Positions 26,060 through 36,856 of a stretch of 64,000 nt of DNA are shown piece by piece. A program made the translations under genes and the position numbers. The notes under the pieces were generated by a model that saw nothing but the letters and a program-made list of their open reading frames with translations, did not search any database and was not told the origin of the DNA. The stretch is from Octopus sinensis (lineage: Eukaryota): positions 9,362,001 to 9,426,000 of the forward strand of contig NC_043017.1 of assembly GCF_006345805.1 (NCBI RefSeq). Direction: 5' to 3'. Positions within the stretch are counted from its first letter, which is position 1, and each line of letters begins with the position of its first letter.

Positions 26060-26280
26060 ACTTAGTACAGTTGTCACACTCAGTCACACCTTATCTTGTG
26101 CAACAGTTGCACTCAAGTGCACCATACCTACTACAATGATTATACTCAAGTACATCATATCTAATTTAAGAGTTACACTCAAGTGTACCATATCTAATAG
26201 AAGAGTTACACTCAAACGTACCATCCCTACTCCAGCTGTCACATTCAAATGTGTCATACCTACTTCAACAGTCATCCTCA
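26060..26280. repeat. Degenerate short tandem repeat (cagttg.cacactcaagtgtaccat)
   Basis: About six diverged units. Confidence 0.55.
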
Positions 26281-26293
26281 GGTTTTCTATATC

Positions 26294-26951
26294 TTAACCC
26301 TTTGCCTGTCCTGTTCATCCCATGTGATATCCAGGACATATTTCACTGGCATCTATGCATCACATGAAGTGCTGGATTAACCATTAAGCAAAATAAGCAC
26401 GTGCTTAGGGCATCAAGGGAAGGAGGGGAAACCACAGAAATGGTAAATGGTCGACGGTACAAAAGAAATCACTTTAAACTTGCTGAAATAATATTCGGGA
26501 TGCCTTTATCTCTACCAAATAGAGATGTGTTACCTAATATTATTTTGAGGATCTGATCAAAGACCTTGCAATTCAAAAAAGTAGGAGGAATCTTTTCAAA
26601 TATAAATAAAGTGGAAGTAGACAAAAATAAACATTATTTTCCCTCTTTTACTGTTTTGTTTCGTTTTGGAAAATGAAAATTTATTTTATGGTTTGTTATT
26701 GTTTATATTTTGAATTACATAATCTTTTATGGGGCCACCAAAATCTTTTAAGTGCTTAGGGCCTCGATGGGTCTTAATCTGGTCCTGATCACATGTGATA
26801 CACGTTCCAGGTTTCTTTCAACCACATGATTAACTTTGGATTTATGAAAGGAAACCCTTATATTACTCAGAATGTATGAAACAAGGGTCAATTAAAAATC
26901 TGAATTCAAGCATAGACATTTGAGACTGATTTTAGACCGGTCAAGGGTTAA
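26294..26951. mobile_element. piggyBac-like MITE related to 9802-10347, interrupted by a hAT-like MITE
   Basis: TTAA-CCCTT...AAGGG-TTAA ends; contains the reverse complement of the 84-bp unit. Confidence 0.7.
26367..26787. mobile_element. hAT-like MITE, 421 bp
   Basis: Exact 8-bp target duplication ATCACATG (26359 and 26788); imperfect TIRs AAGTGCTGGATTAA / CAGGACCAGATTAA. Confidence 0.75.
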
Positions 26952-27816
26952 ACAGAATAGCCACATTGGCGATCAGTGAGACCAGTTGCTCTGCTCGGGA
27001 GAACAATACAGCAATCATATTAAAACATTGTGACAACTTGTCAACCTGGACCTTGTCGTTCAGTCTGCTAGAAACAGCTACCAAATCCTTCACAAATCGC
27101 AGCTTACTGTCTTATATAAGGACAGAACACTGAGAAATGTAGTTCTAGATACTACTGAAAAAATGGAGTGATCACATTTGGAATGCCTTTAATCTAGGTT
27201 AACCTGGAGCCCTACTATTAATATTACTACTACATACCACACTGCTGTATCCTTGACTACTGCTTCCATCACCACTAACTTGCTATACAGGTCAAGAACA
27301 TCAGCACCACACCCGTCCATGACCTTCACTACTCCAACCAACTTCACCGGTTCAGATCACCATGACATTTAACAACACCACACTACCACCGCCACCACCA
27401 CACTCGACAGTACCACAACCACCACAGTAACACTGCTATACTGTTGCCCTCCTCCCACACACACACACACATAGAACAATGAGGCTGTGACTACAACCCT
27501 CACCAAATCACCACTCTTGCACCACCACCAACACACCACCACCACCACAACACCACAGACACAACGTTTGCATGCCACCACCTCCACCACCAACACACTG
27601 GTAATTAGCATCACTACACTACCACCACCACCAAACTACTAGCACCCCTACTGCACTACATGCTAGTACAAATCTACTACTACCACACCAACAACTATCA
27701 ATACTACACCACCACCACCAACACCATCAGATCCTAACATTTATGCTGATAGGAACAGATTAAACAGCTGGAAAGGATTAAGATGATATAAATTGAGTCT
27801 CTTTCTCTCCCCCATT

Positions 27817-27885
<69 letters not shown>

Positions 27886-28129
27886 GTGTGTGTGTGTGTA
27901 TAAATACATGTTATTATTATTACTATTATTATTATTAATATTATTATCTTAGTTTGATTTGGCTCCATACCACTTAGAGTTTCACACACTTCTTGTTGAA
28001 ACCCACCTCATTCAGGCTCAGATTACAGCCGAGAGGGGTACAGGAAATCCAAGATGGCGACTGGAAAATGGGGATGCTATTGGTCAAGGCAGAGCACTTG
28101 GTGTTTTTAGAAAGGAGAGCAGCCTTTAT

Positions 28130-28149
<20 letters not shown>

Positions 28150-28161
<12 letters not shown>

Positions 28162-28378
28162 CCGGAGTAAACACATAAATGTGAAAGAAGGTGGAAAAAA
28201 GAGTACTCAAATACCAGTGGTAGAGTAATATGCTTTATTTAAAGCAGCAGAAGAAAATTAAACAAAACCTGTTATTCTGAGTTTCCCGTTGCCGTTCATC
28301 GGACAGTTTTTGAACGGCAATGGGAAACTCAGAGTAACAGGTTTTGTTGAATTTTCTGCTGCTTTAAATAAAGTATAT
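28150..28378. mobile_element. Penelope-like fragment with an inverted terminal duplication (about 70-bp arms, 12-nt loop)
   Basis: 28228-28298 is the reverse complement of 28311-28378 (few substitutions, one 3-nt indel); flanked by (TA)n. Confidence 0.55.
28269..28306 (-). ncRNA. Hammerhead-like motif, family 3, core CCGAUGA
   Basis: Minus strand CUGU-CCGAUGA-ACG-GCAA-CGG-GAAAC-UCAGA-AU-A-ACAG. Stem I is CUGU/ACAG and stem II has a GNRA loop. The inverted sister copy at 28311-28340 has the better stem III, ACUC-A-GAGU. Confidence 0.4.
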
Positions 28379-29185
28379 ATATATATATAAATGGATGAAT
28401 GAATTATCCTTTGTTTACAGTTAACACGGAAAATTTGTTGTCTTCGAAACATATGTCGAAAGTAAAAGAATTTCAATAACACCTGCGTTCAACTCCATTT
28501 ATTTACTTTTATATATATATATCACACTATGTGTATATATGTGAGCGTGTGCATGTGTTTACACACACACACACACACATACACATGTGTGTTTATGCTG
28601 AGAGAGTCACGTGCAAAATGCAGGCCACCTTATGACAAGCCATGTCTCACGCAACTCACTTCTCCTGAAAGGTTGCCCTGCCCTCTGCTAAGAAGTTCAC
28701 TTCCTTGCAATGCAGTTCTAGATTCAGTCCTACTGTGACTCAGTGGTTAGTGTGTTGCACTCAGGACCATGAGATTGTAGTTTCAGTTCTTGGAGAAGGC
28801 AGTGCATTGTGTTCTTAAGCAAGACACTTGATTTCACATTTCTCCAGTCCACTCAGCTGGCAAAAATGAGTAGCACCTGTATTTCAAAGGGCCCAACCAT
28901 GTCACATTTTGTGCCATGCTGAATCTCCCTGAGAACTACATGTCCATGGAGTGCTCAGCCACTTGCATATTAATTCCATGAGCAGGATGTTCTGTTGATC
29001 TGATCAACTGGAACCCTCGTCCTCATAAGCGATGGAGTACCAATAGAAAATACACGCACACAGACACACACACACACACATACACATCAGTGTTTGTCCC
29101 CTACCATTATTTGACAACCAGTGTTAGCATGTTGTTTATGCCCCTATAACTTAGCAGTTCGGTGAACAAGACTGATAGAATAAGT

Positions 29186-29489
29186 CTTGAATGAGCTGTT
29201 CTTTACTCCTGCTCCAGAGCGTTGGCTGTGGAGTCACTCTGAAAAGCTCTATCTGCGACGATTTCTTCTCAATCGAAGGAGAGGGGCTTTCTCCGTCCGG
29301 GTTGCGGATCCATGGAATAAGCTGCCGGACGAGATAGTGAAGATGCCGACGAACGCTCGGTTCAAAGTCTCTCTTGACCACAAATGGCCTGAACTCTTTG
29401 CACGAACACCCTCCCTGTACATAACTCCATGTCCCCCTACATGGCCTTGCTTTTTGCTTTTTGAGCCAAAAAATTAACTTAACTTAACT
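29186..29489 (+). mobile_element. 5'-truncated CR1-clade LINE inserted into a SINE B
   Basis: Open frame HSEKLYLRRFLLNRRRGAFSVRVADPWNKLPDEIVKMPTNARFKVSLDHKW matches the CR1 ORF2 C-terminal motif. (TTAAC)n tail; TAAGT duplicated at 29181 and 29490. Confidence 0.85.
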
Positions 29490-30550
29490 TAAGTACCAGA
29501 ACTTGTTCTTTTTTAATGAAAAGAATAAGTACCAGGATTGATTTGTTTAGCTAAACCCTCCAAAGTAATGCTCCAGCATGAGCACAATCCAATAACTGAA
29601 ACAGGTAAAAGATGAAAAAAAATACAACACAAAGAACTGAAACAGTGTGTTTGTGGATAAGTTGTAAATAAATTAATTTACATGTTTAGATTTAACAAAT
29701 AGACATAACTGAGCAAATAGACAAGTTGTTCTACTGTGAGGAGAAGGTACACTTGACTGAATACTTGGGCGCGTTTGCACAGCAGGGCTACATGTATGTT
29801 TATTAAACGGTCTGCATGTAAATATATATTTTTACATGGATTTATCCATAAACATTTGCTAATTTTGTTAAATAAACCCTAACTTTTTTGTCTTTCGGCA
29901 TGTAAGCATTGAAATGTATGTGCTTTAAATAAATACAGGGGTGGCTTTAATATATATATATATATATATATATAGATAGATAGATAGATATATAGATGCA
30001 TATACATTCATACATGTGCATATATATATATATACTTACATCTGTATATGATGATGATGATGGTGGTATATATATATATATATATTATATATATATACAC
30101 ACACACATGTATATATGTAGGGATATAAATATAAACACTCACACATATATACACAGACTTGCATGTGCGCAAACACACTCATGTACATATATGTATATGC
30201 ACACACACACATGTATATATATAAACACATGCAGATATAGCTACACACACATATATGTATGTATATTTGTGGGTGTGTGTGTGTGTGTCTAGAACAAAGA
30301 GGGAGAGAAAGAGAGTGTGTGTGTCTATGTTGGAGAATATATTTCTGCTCACGTGTTTACCTATATTGCTTCTAGAATGATCTGTCTGTCTGTCTACTTT
30401 CTTCAACCCCTCCCACACACACACTCTGTCCTCCCCCCTCCTCCACCCCACCCCATTTCTCTGTCTCCTATAACCACTTTTCTCCTTCCTCCTCCTCCTC
30501 CTCTCACGCTCTCCCTCCTTATCTCTTTCTTTCTCCTTATCTATCTATAA

Positions 30551-30610
<60 letters not shown>

Positions 30611-30734
30611 GTCTCTTCCACTCACCATTTACCAAACCACACACTCCTCCAGATTCTGGATCCATGCCAGTCTGTGTTATCTTCAGTGCTGTCTCCACCA
30701 CCTCAACTGCCACCAACGCCACCACCTCCATTTA

Positions 30735-30779
<45 letters not shown>

Positions 30780-31151
30780 TACTGGATACCAGCCAATCCA
30801 TGTTATCTTTGAGGCAACAATCTCTTAAAATCCAAGACTGGTTTGCTTTTTGTCATTATTGTTGCTGTTACTGTTATTGTTATTGATCATCTTGTTGTTA
30901 TTGCTCTGATTGCTGCTGCTGCTGTTGTTGCTGCTGCTGCTGCTGCTGTTGTCTGCTCTCTCCCCCTCTCCTCCCACATCACCATTTCCAATTCCCCCTC
31001 CCCCGTTCCACCACCCTTTATACAAAGTACCCTTCTCTCCCTCTCACGCTACCCCCCCCCGAACCACCACCACTATTTCTGTTACCTCCAGCACAGGGTG
31101 TACACGCCCCCTTCACAAAGTACACAAGTACCTAAAATTCACACACATACA

Positions 31152-31187
<36 letters not shown>

Positions 31188-31401
31188 ATTCCAAGCAGTG
31201 CCAATCCTCAGTGGGTGATGTGCACCTGATTTAGAGGTTCTGGAAAGTGCCACCCAACAGCCTCTGTTTTAGAGCTTTGATAACTATAAGCAGATGATGC
31301 CTTTAAAGTCTTCTTAGCTAGGAAGGAAACAAGACTCTTCTGGTGTTCATATTCTTTTACAATGAGCATCAGCCCTGGAAATTACATATGCAGACACATA
31401 C

Positions 31402-31437
<36 letters not shown>

Positions 31438-31441
<4 letters not shown>

Positions 31442-31547
31442 GCCTGCTCGCTTAGCCAACAGGGTGGCGTCATTTGAAGGCTAAAACAATGTGAAGCACA
31501 TTATGACCAGCGATGTGTAGCAACATCTGATAACCTGGTCGATCATG

Positions 31548-31550
<3 letters not shown>
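31438..31550. mobile_element. About 112-bp unclassified element flanked by (TA)n (second copy 45975-46085)
   Basis: Two roughly 90% identical copies with the same ends, each between TA arrays. Confidence 0.65.
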
Positions 31551-31588
<38 letters not shown>

Positions 31589-31794
31589 CACCTGGTAGTT
31601 GCTGTAAAATGGTTGGGATCTGGAAGGGCAACCAGCTGTAGAAACCATGCAGATGTCCCTAGCTGGAGCATGATGCGGTCCCTAGGCTCATTCAGATCCT
31701 GTCAAAGCAGCCAACCTATGCCAGCATGGACATGGGTTAGAAGGTTTGGCAGGATCAACTATATATATGTATATATATACACATATATGTATAT

Positions 31795-31912
31795 AAAGTT
31801 AATCCAAACATGAAAACACAACAACGCGAGGACGTGGAACAAGTATAGTATTATTGGACGCTCAGGAAAGAAGGAGGGTTTAACGTTTCGAGCGGAGCTC
31901 TTCATCAGAAAC
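31795..31912 (-). mobile_element. Short non-coding Penelope-like fragment carrying a hammerhead, between TA-rich microsatellites
   Basis: Near-identical to 45294-45420 and ends in the hammerhead motif. Confidence 0.55.
31878..31912 (-). ncRNA. Minimal type-I hammerhead ribozyme motif (Penelope-type), canonical core
   Basis: Minus strand reads GUUU-CUGAUGA-A-GAGC-UCC-GCUC-GAAAC-GUU-AAAC: 4-bp stem I, CUGAUGA, 4-bp stem II, GAAA, palindromic stem III (AACGUU), NUH triplet GUU. Confidence 0.65.
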
Positions 31913-32451
31913 ATATATATATACATGCATACATACACCACACACACACACACACACACACATGCATATCTGTGTTTGTCCCCCACCATGACTTGGTGGT
32001 GGTGGTGGTGGTGGTGGAAATGGTGGTAACAACAAGTGATATCTTTCTCTTCTCTATTGCTTCTTTCTGTCGTTGCACTGTGGCCATACTGGGGCACCTC
32101 TTTCAAGGGTTTAGTCAAACAAATTGCTCCCTAATACTTATGTCTTTGGTTTTTTTTTCTTGGTATTTGTTCTGCCAGTGTCTTTTACTGATCTGCTAAG
32201 TTACAATCATGTAAACAAACCAAAGTGGAGGCATCTTATCATATCCACCTGCAAAGCATTGTTTGACCTGGGGCTATAATAGAGGACATTTGCCCAGCAT
32301 GCCACATGGACTCAACTCAAGGCCACATGGTTGCAAAGCAAGCTTCTTAACCACTTCAGCAACAAGCATTATCCAATGTAACTCTGAAAGAACACACACA
32401 CACACACACACTTACACACACACACACACACATTTACATATATAAAATTAA

Positions 32452-33137
32452 AGCAGACTGTATGATGCCTGTGTGCAAACAGCCATGCTACACAGCAGTG
32501 AAACATGGGCTGTGACAGCCGAGGACATGTGCAGACTTGAAAGAAATGAAAACACCAGTATGCAATGGCTGTCTACATGTACATCAGAATGTAAATGACT
32601 TGAGAGAAAAACTGGGCTTAAGAAGCATCAGATGTGGTGTACAAGAGAGACAACTGTTCTGGTATGGTCATGTCATGCATATGGACAAGAACCACTGTGT
32701 AGAAAAATGCTGATTTCTAACTGTGGAGGGAACCTGAGGAAGAGGTAGACCCAGGAAGATATGGGACGAGGTGGTGAAGCATGTTGGGCCTCATGGAGGC
32801 AATGACTAGTGACCGAGACCTTTGGCAATATGCTGTTTGGAGAAGACTCGTCAAGCCAAGTGAAACTGTAGTCGTGGCTGGTGACGGTGTGGTGTTAATG
32901 GCACCTGTGCCAGTGGCACCTAAAAGCACCTGTGCTGCTGGCACACCAAACCACTCGTGCCGGTGGCATGCAAAAAGCATCCATTACACTCTTGTAGTGG
33001 TTGGCATTGGGAGGGGCATCCGGCTGTAGAAACCATGCGAAATCGGACTGGAACTTGGTGCAGTTCCAGTCAAGTCATCCAACCCATGCCAGCATGGAAA
33101 GCAGACCCTAAGTGATGAGGATGATGATGATGATGAT
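32452..33137 (+). mobile_element. 5'-truncated RTE-clade LINE: decayed ORF C-terminus, 3' UTR and (GAT)n tail
   Basis: Translates RLYDACVQTAMLHSSETW...LFWYGHVMHM...GRGRPRKIWDEVVK...DRDLWQYAV, a typical RTE C-terminus, with stops and frameshifts. Followed by the 3' UTR seen throughout the window. Confidence 0.85.
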
Positions 33138-34643
33138 GAAAATGAACTGTTAAATATTTAATATAAAATAGATTATCTGCAACAGTTATTTTAGATATCT
33201 CATACTTGTACTTCTAACGGCTAATATCAAATATATATATATATACATACATGCATGCGTACATATACATTCATACTCACGCACAGATGGGTGTATAATT
33301 ATTTTATTTTAAACTATTTTATCTGTTTGTTGTTCACTCAACAGTCAGACTTTATCTCTTGAACTGATCTCTGACAGGATAAGGGCACAAAGTCTTCAAA
33401 AAGAAAACCAACAGTAAGGTTTGTGTGTGTGTGTGTGTGTAATGACTATACCTTCTTCCTGAAGGATTCTAATAACTGTTGCACCACTGATGGTGGTGGT
33501 GTTGGCTGTGGTAGTTTCAGGACTGGTGAGTGCAGGTGTGTGGGTGTATGTTGGCGGGGAGGGGGTTTAAGATAGAGAGAGAGAAGGACACAAGAGTGGA
33601 GGTGGTGGTGCGTTATGAGATAGATAGAGAAAGAGAGAAGAGAAAGTGTGGTGGTGGTGGGGGTGGGGTTCAGGATTGGTGAGTGCAGGTGGATGGGTGG
33701 GCGGGGAACCCGAGTTGGTGTGAAGTGGTAGTGTATGTAAGATCATGGTGGCGGTTGTAGTGGTGGTGGTGGTGATGGTGGCAGTGGTGGTGGTGGTGGA
33801 GTGAGTGAGTGGACTGACTCATATGAAGACCCCCAGAAGCTTGGCACCATTCCTGAGAACTGCCGGATGTGTGATATGTACTTATATAGAGAACTGGAAG
33901 TAGAGAGGAGAAGAGCTCTGTGCTTGGTTATTTGGCTGTATGTGTATATGTGTGTGTACTATATATATATACACACACACACACACACATACGGTGTGTA
34001 TAATTGTGTTTAAGCTAATGTTGTAATGACTGCTCAATGCATTAAGGTCTTTACTTTTATGAAATCGTTAAGAGTTAAGGACTTGTTATGGACACCTTGA
34101 GTTTACTTTGCAATGCAAGACTCAAATGACCAACGTAGGACCCTCTCCCAGAGAAAGCACACATAACTCCCTTCAAACAATGAGACTCTGAGGCTGTTCA
34201 TGATATTAAGACAAGATTTGGTCTAGTGCTGTGTTAATGAGAGAGAAGCAATTTGAGAAGCAATGGCTTCCAAGTGGATTTCTTGAATTGCCTGTGTTGT
34301 TGCTATTAATAATGTGGCATGTGTCTTGACAAGGAGATATTGTTGTCAATGACGGTGTGGTGGATGTTTGACGAGTGGAATGATAGTCAGTAACAATGAG
34401 GTATGGTTGAAAGGGTTGGTGTTGTCATTGACATTAGAGAGGAGATGCTGTCATCAACAGGCACAGGAGTGGCTGTGTGGTAAGTAGCTTGCTTACCAAC
34501 CACTGGGTTCATTCCCACTGTGTGGTACCTTGGGCAAGTGTCTTCTACTATAGCCTCGGGCTGACCAAAGCCTTGTGAGTGGATTTGGTAGATGGAAACT
34601 GAAAGAAACCTCTCTTATTATGTATGTATGATGTATGTATATA

Positions 34644-34696
<53 letters not shown>

Positions 34697-35874
34697 GTAT
34701 GTATGTGTGTGTATATGTTGTCTGTGTTTGTCCTCCCAATATTGCTTGACAATGTGTGTTTGCATCCCTGTGACTTAGCAGTTCCGCAAAAGAGAATAAT
34801 AGAATAAGTTCTAGGCTTACAAAGAATAAGTCCTGGGCTTGATTCGTTCGACTAAAGGTGGTGCTCCAGCATGGCTGCAGTCAAATGACTGAAACAAGTA
34901 AAAGGAGTGTGGTATAATCTATCTTGACAGTGGGAGGACAAANNNNNNNNNNNNNNNNNNNNNNNNNNNNNNNNNNNNNNNNNNNNNNNNNNNNNNNNNN
35001 NNNNNNNNNNNNNNNNNNNNNNNNNNNNNNNNNNNNNNNNNNTGATGTGAAAATGAAAATGAACTGTTAAATATTTAATATAAAATAGATTATCTGCAAC
35101 AGTTATTTTAGATATCTCATACTTGTACTTCTAACGGCTAATATCAAATATATATATATACATACATGCATGCGTACATATACATTCATACTCACGCACA
35201 GATGGGTGTATAATTATTTTTTTAAAACTATTTTATCTGTTTGTTGTTCACTCAACAGTCAGACTTTATCTCTTGAACTGATCTCTGACAGGATAAGGGC
35301 ACAAAGTCTTCAAAAAGAAAACCAACAGTAAGGTTTGTGTGTGTGTGTGTGTGTAATGACTATACCTTCTTCCTGAAGGATTCTAATAACTGTTGCACCA
35401 CTGATGGTGGTGGTGTTGGCTGTGGTAGTTTCAGGACTGGTGAGTGCAGGTGTGTGTGTGTGTATGTTGGCGGGGAGGGGGTTAAGATAGAGAGAGAGAA
35501 GGAACAAGAGTGGAGGTGGTGGTGGTATGAGATAGATAGAGACAGAGAGAAAGAGAAAGTGTGGTGGTGGTGGTGGTGGTGGTTTCAGGATTGGTGAGTG
35601 CAGGTGGATGGGTGGGCGGGGAACCCGAGTTGGTGTGAAGTGGTAGTGTATGTAAGATCATGGTGGCGGTTGTAGTGGTGGTGGTGGTGATGGTGGCAGT
35701 GGTGGTGGTGGTGGAGTGAGTGAGTGGACTGACTCATATGAAGACCCCCAGAAGCTTGGCACCATTCCTGAGAACTGCCGGATGTGTGATATGTACTTAT
35801 ATAGAGAACTGGAAGTAGAGAGGAGAAGAGCTCTGTGCTTGGTTATTTGGCTGTATGTGTATATGTGTGTGTAC

Positions 35875-35909
<35 letters not shown>

Positions 35910-36558
35910 GGTGTGTATAATTGTGTTTAAGCTAATGTTGTAATGACTGCTCAATGCATTAAGGTCTTTACTTTTATGAAATCGTTAAGAGTTAAGGACT
36001 TGTTATGGACACCTTGAGTTTACTTTGCAATGCAAGACTCAAATGACCAACGTAGGACCCTCTCCCAGAGAAAGCACACATAACTCCCTTCAAACATTGA
36101 GACTCTGAGGCTGTTCATGATATTAAGACAAGATTTGGTCTAGTGCTGTGTTAATGAGAGAGAAGCAATTTGAGAAGCAATGGCTTCCAAGTGGATTTCT
36201 TGAATTGCCTGTGTTGTTGCTATTAATAATGTGGCATGTGTCTTGACAAGGAGATATTGTTGTCAATGTCGGTGTGGTGGATGTTTGACGAGTGGAATGA
36301 TAGTCAGTAACAATGAGGTATGGTTGAAAGGGTTGGTGTTGTCATTGACATTAGAGAGGAGATGCTGTCATCAACAGGCACAGGAGTGGCTGTGTGGTAA
36401 GTAGCTTGCTTACCAACCACTGGGTTCATTCCCACTGTGGGTACCTTGGGCAAGGTCTTCTACTATAGCCTCGGGCTGACCAAAGCCTTGTGAGTGGATT
36501 TGGTAGATGGAAACTGAAAGAAACCTCTCTTATTATGTATGTATGATGTATGTATATA

Positions 36559-36611
<53 letters not shown>

Positions 36612-36856
36612 GTATGTATGTGTGTGTATATGTTGTCTGTGTTTGTCCTCCCAATATTGCTTGACAATGTGTGTTTGCATCCCTGTGACTTAGCAGTTCC
36701 GCAAAAGAGAATAATAGAATAAGTTCTAGGCTTACAAAGAATAAGTCCTGGGCTTGATTCGTTCGACTAAAGGTGGTGCTCCAGCATGGCTGCAGTCAAA
36801 TGACTGAAACAAGTAAAAGGAGTGTGGTATATCTATCTTGACAGTGGGAGGACAAA
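33133..36856 (+). repeat. About 1.8-kb direct duplication on both sides of a 100-N gap (probable assembly artefact)
   Basis: 33133-34942 matches 35043-36856, and the copies abut the gap directly. Confidence 0.85.
34943..35042. other. Assembly gap, 100 N
   Basis: Run of N. Confidence 1.

Noticed and set aside
33801-35943. Duplicated ORF MSEWTDSYEDPQKLG...
   Set aside because: Short, GTG start, runs into microsatellite, and duplicated only through the probable assembly artefact.
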